Shown here: positions 63,483 through 64,000 of the stretch, piece after piece
Position numbering within the stretch: the first letter of the stretch is position 1
Layout of the letters: every line of letters starts with the position of its first letter
Assembly: GCA_041649315.1 (NCBI GenBank)
Contig: JBAZNJ010000002.1
Span: forward strand, 851-64,850
DNA: 64,000 bases
Reading direction: 5' to 3'
Origin: Patescibacteria group bacterium
GTDB lineage: Bacteria > Patescibacteriota > Patescibacteriia > Patescibacteriales > UBA12465
Notes under the pieces: generated by a model
Database searches by the model: none
Told to the model about the DNA's origin: nothing
The model's input: the letters and a program-made list of their open reading frames with translations, nothing else
Position numbers and translations under genes: made by a program

Positions 63483-63572
63483 AATTTGTAATCTAATTAG
63501 TAAACAGCGTTAGTTCTTGACTTATATTTTAGATTTTGTTAAATTAAACTAGTAAAAATAATAAATAAAATT

Positions 63573-63597
63573 ATCCTGAATATTCAGGATTATTTTT
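63573..63597 (+). terminator. Perfect 18-nt palindrome plus T-run (terminator or leader hairpin upstream of rpsL)
   Basis: atcctgaatattcaggat (63573-63590) is its own reverse complement and is followed by tattttt. Confidence 0.4.
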
Positions 63598-63648
63598 GCT
63601 TATAATAAAATCCGGTTTAGGAAATTATCCGGAATTCATAATCAATTT

Positions 63649-64000
63649 ATGCCAACTGTAAATCAATTAATTCGCGGCGGCCGTAAAAAAGTCGGTAAGA
63701 AACGGAACGCACTCGCGCTTCATACGACGCTTGATACTTTGCATCGCAAGAAAAAAGATACTGCTAAAGGAGCGCCTTTTAAACAAGGGGTCTGCTTAAA
63801 GGTAACCACGACGACTCCGAAAAAACCGAACTCGGCTTTACGAAAAATTGCTCGTGTCCGCCTATCGAATGGCATGGAAGTTACCGCTTATATTCCGGGA
63901 ATGGGACATAATCTGCAGGAACATTCAATTGTTTTATTAAAAGGCGGGAAAACCAAGGATTTACCGGGTGTTCGCTATAAAGTCGTGCGTGGTGTTTTTG
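63649..64000 (+). CDS. rpsL: Ribosomal protein S12 (3' end beyond window), with an internal insertion near the N-terminus
   Basis: Absent from the ORF track (open at the edge). My translation is [100 protein letters not shown].... Confidence 0.93.
   Translation, partial: MPTVNQLIRGGRKKVGKKRNALALHTTLDTLHRKKKDTAKGAPFKQGVCLKVTTTTPKKPNSALRKIARVRLSNGMEVTAYIPGMGHNLQEHSIVLLKGGKTKDLPGVRYKVVRGVF

Noticed and set aside
1-64000. Alternative genetic code (UGA reassigned, as in some candidate phyla)
   Set aside because: TGA terminates mreD (27081), the UXS-like gene (36291), the ABC exporter (51643), murB (52774) and alaS (54700) at positions matching the expected protein ends. An RF2 gene is also present.

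Overview
This 64-kb window is a densely packed, AT-leaning bacterial chromosome segment with about 65 protein genes, mostly on the + strand. Gene content and protein architecture suggest a streamlined Candidate-Phyla-Radiation/Patescibacteria-type genome. That placement is inference only; no search was run.

Content in order:
- A partial polyprenyl-phosphate sugar transferase (-) and a large cell-surface repeat protein.
- holB, a BNR-repeat lipoprotein, frr, rseP, hpf and secA.
- A small accessory patch: a truncated Bro-N gene, an HD phosphohydrolase, a GT2 and a UMPH-1-type 5'-nucleotidase.
- ileS, an SPFH protein, a NIF3-like protein, an orphan gene next to a 393-bp structured intergenic region, and a U32 peptidase.
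- ruvA, proS, mreBCD, a PfkB kinase, an RmlC-like cupin, a HIT protein and rfbB.
- An orphan response regulator, a second mreB, a GT4, an S8 protease with FG-GAP repeats, and a UXS-like dehydratase.
- An eight-gene minus-strand glycan cluster: a degenerate PilB/GspE-like ATPase, GT2, a DUF2304-like protein, two GT4s, a Gfo/Idh/MocA oxidoreductase, a DegT-type aminotransferase and a NUDIX hydrolase.
- A reduced dcw-type cluster: mraY, ftsW, murG, murC, an ABC exporter and murB.
- alaS, the alpha operon (infA-rpmJ-rpsM-rpsK-rpsD-rpoA-rplQ), rplM-rpsI, prfB, comEC, an orphan cassette, rpmB (-), an M50 protease and the start of rpsL.

I recognised no rRNA, tRNA, CRISPR array, transposase or integrase. 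The genetic code looks standard: TGA ends several well-supported genes and RF2 is present.

Most noteworthy:
1. A three-copy AT-rich palindromic intergenic element; two copies form an inverted pair bracketing 7.4 kb.
2. A PilB/GspE-family homologue with decayed catalytic boxes at the head of the glycosylation cluster.
3. A CpG-poor three-gene island that uses Shine-Dalgarno (SD) sites, whose aminotransferase lacks the PLP-lysine segment.
4. An RpoA with no alpha-CTD.
5. Near-absence of SD motifs, with extended -10 boxes placed for leaderless mRNAs.
6. A structured intergenic region with inverted tRNA-T-arm-like ends beside an orphan gene.

I cannot show that any of these is a new system. Each is a hypothesis with a stated test.
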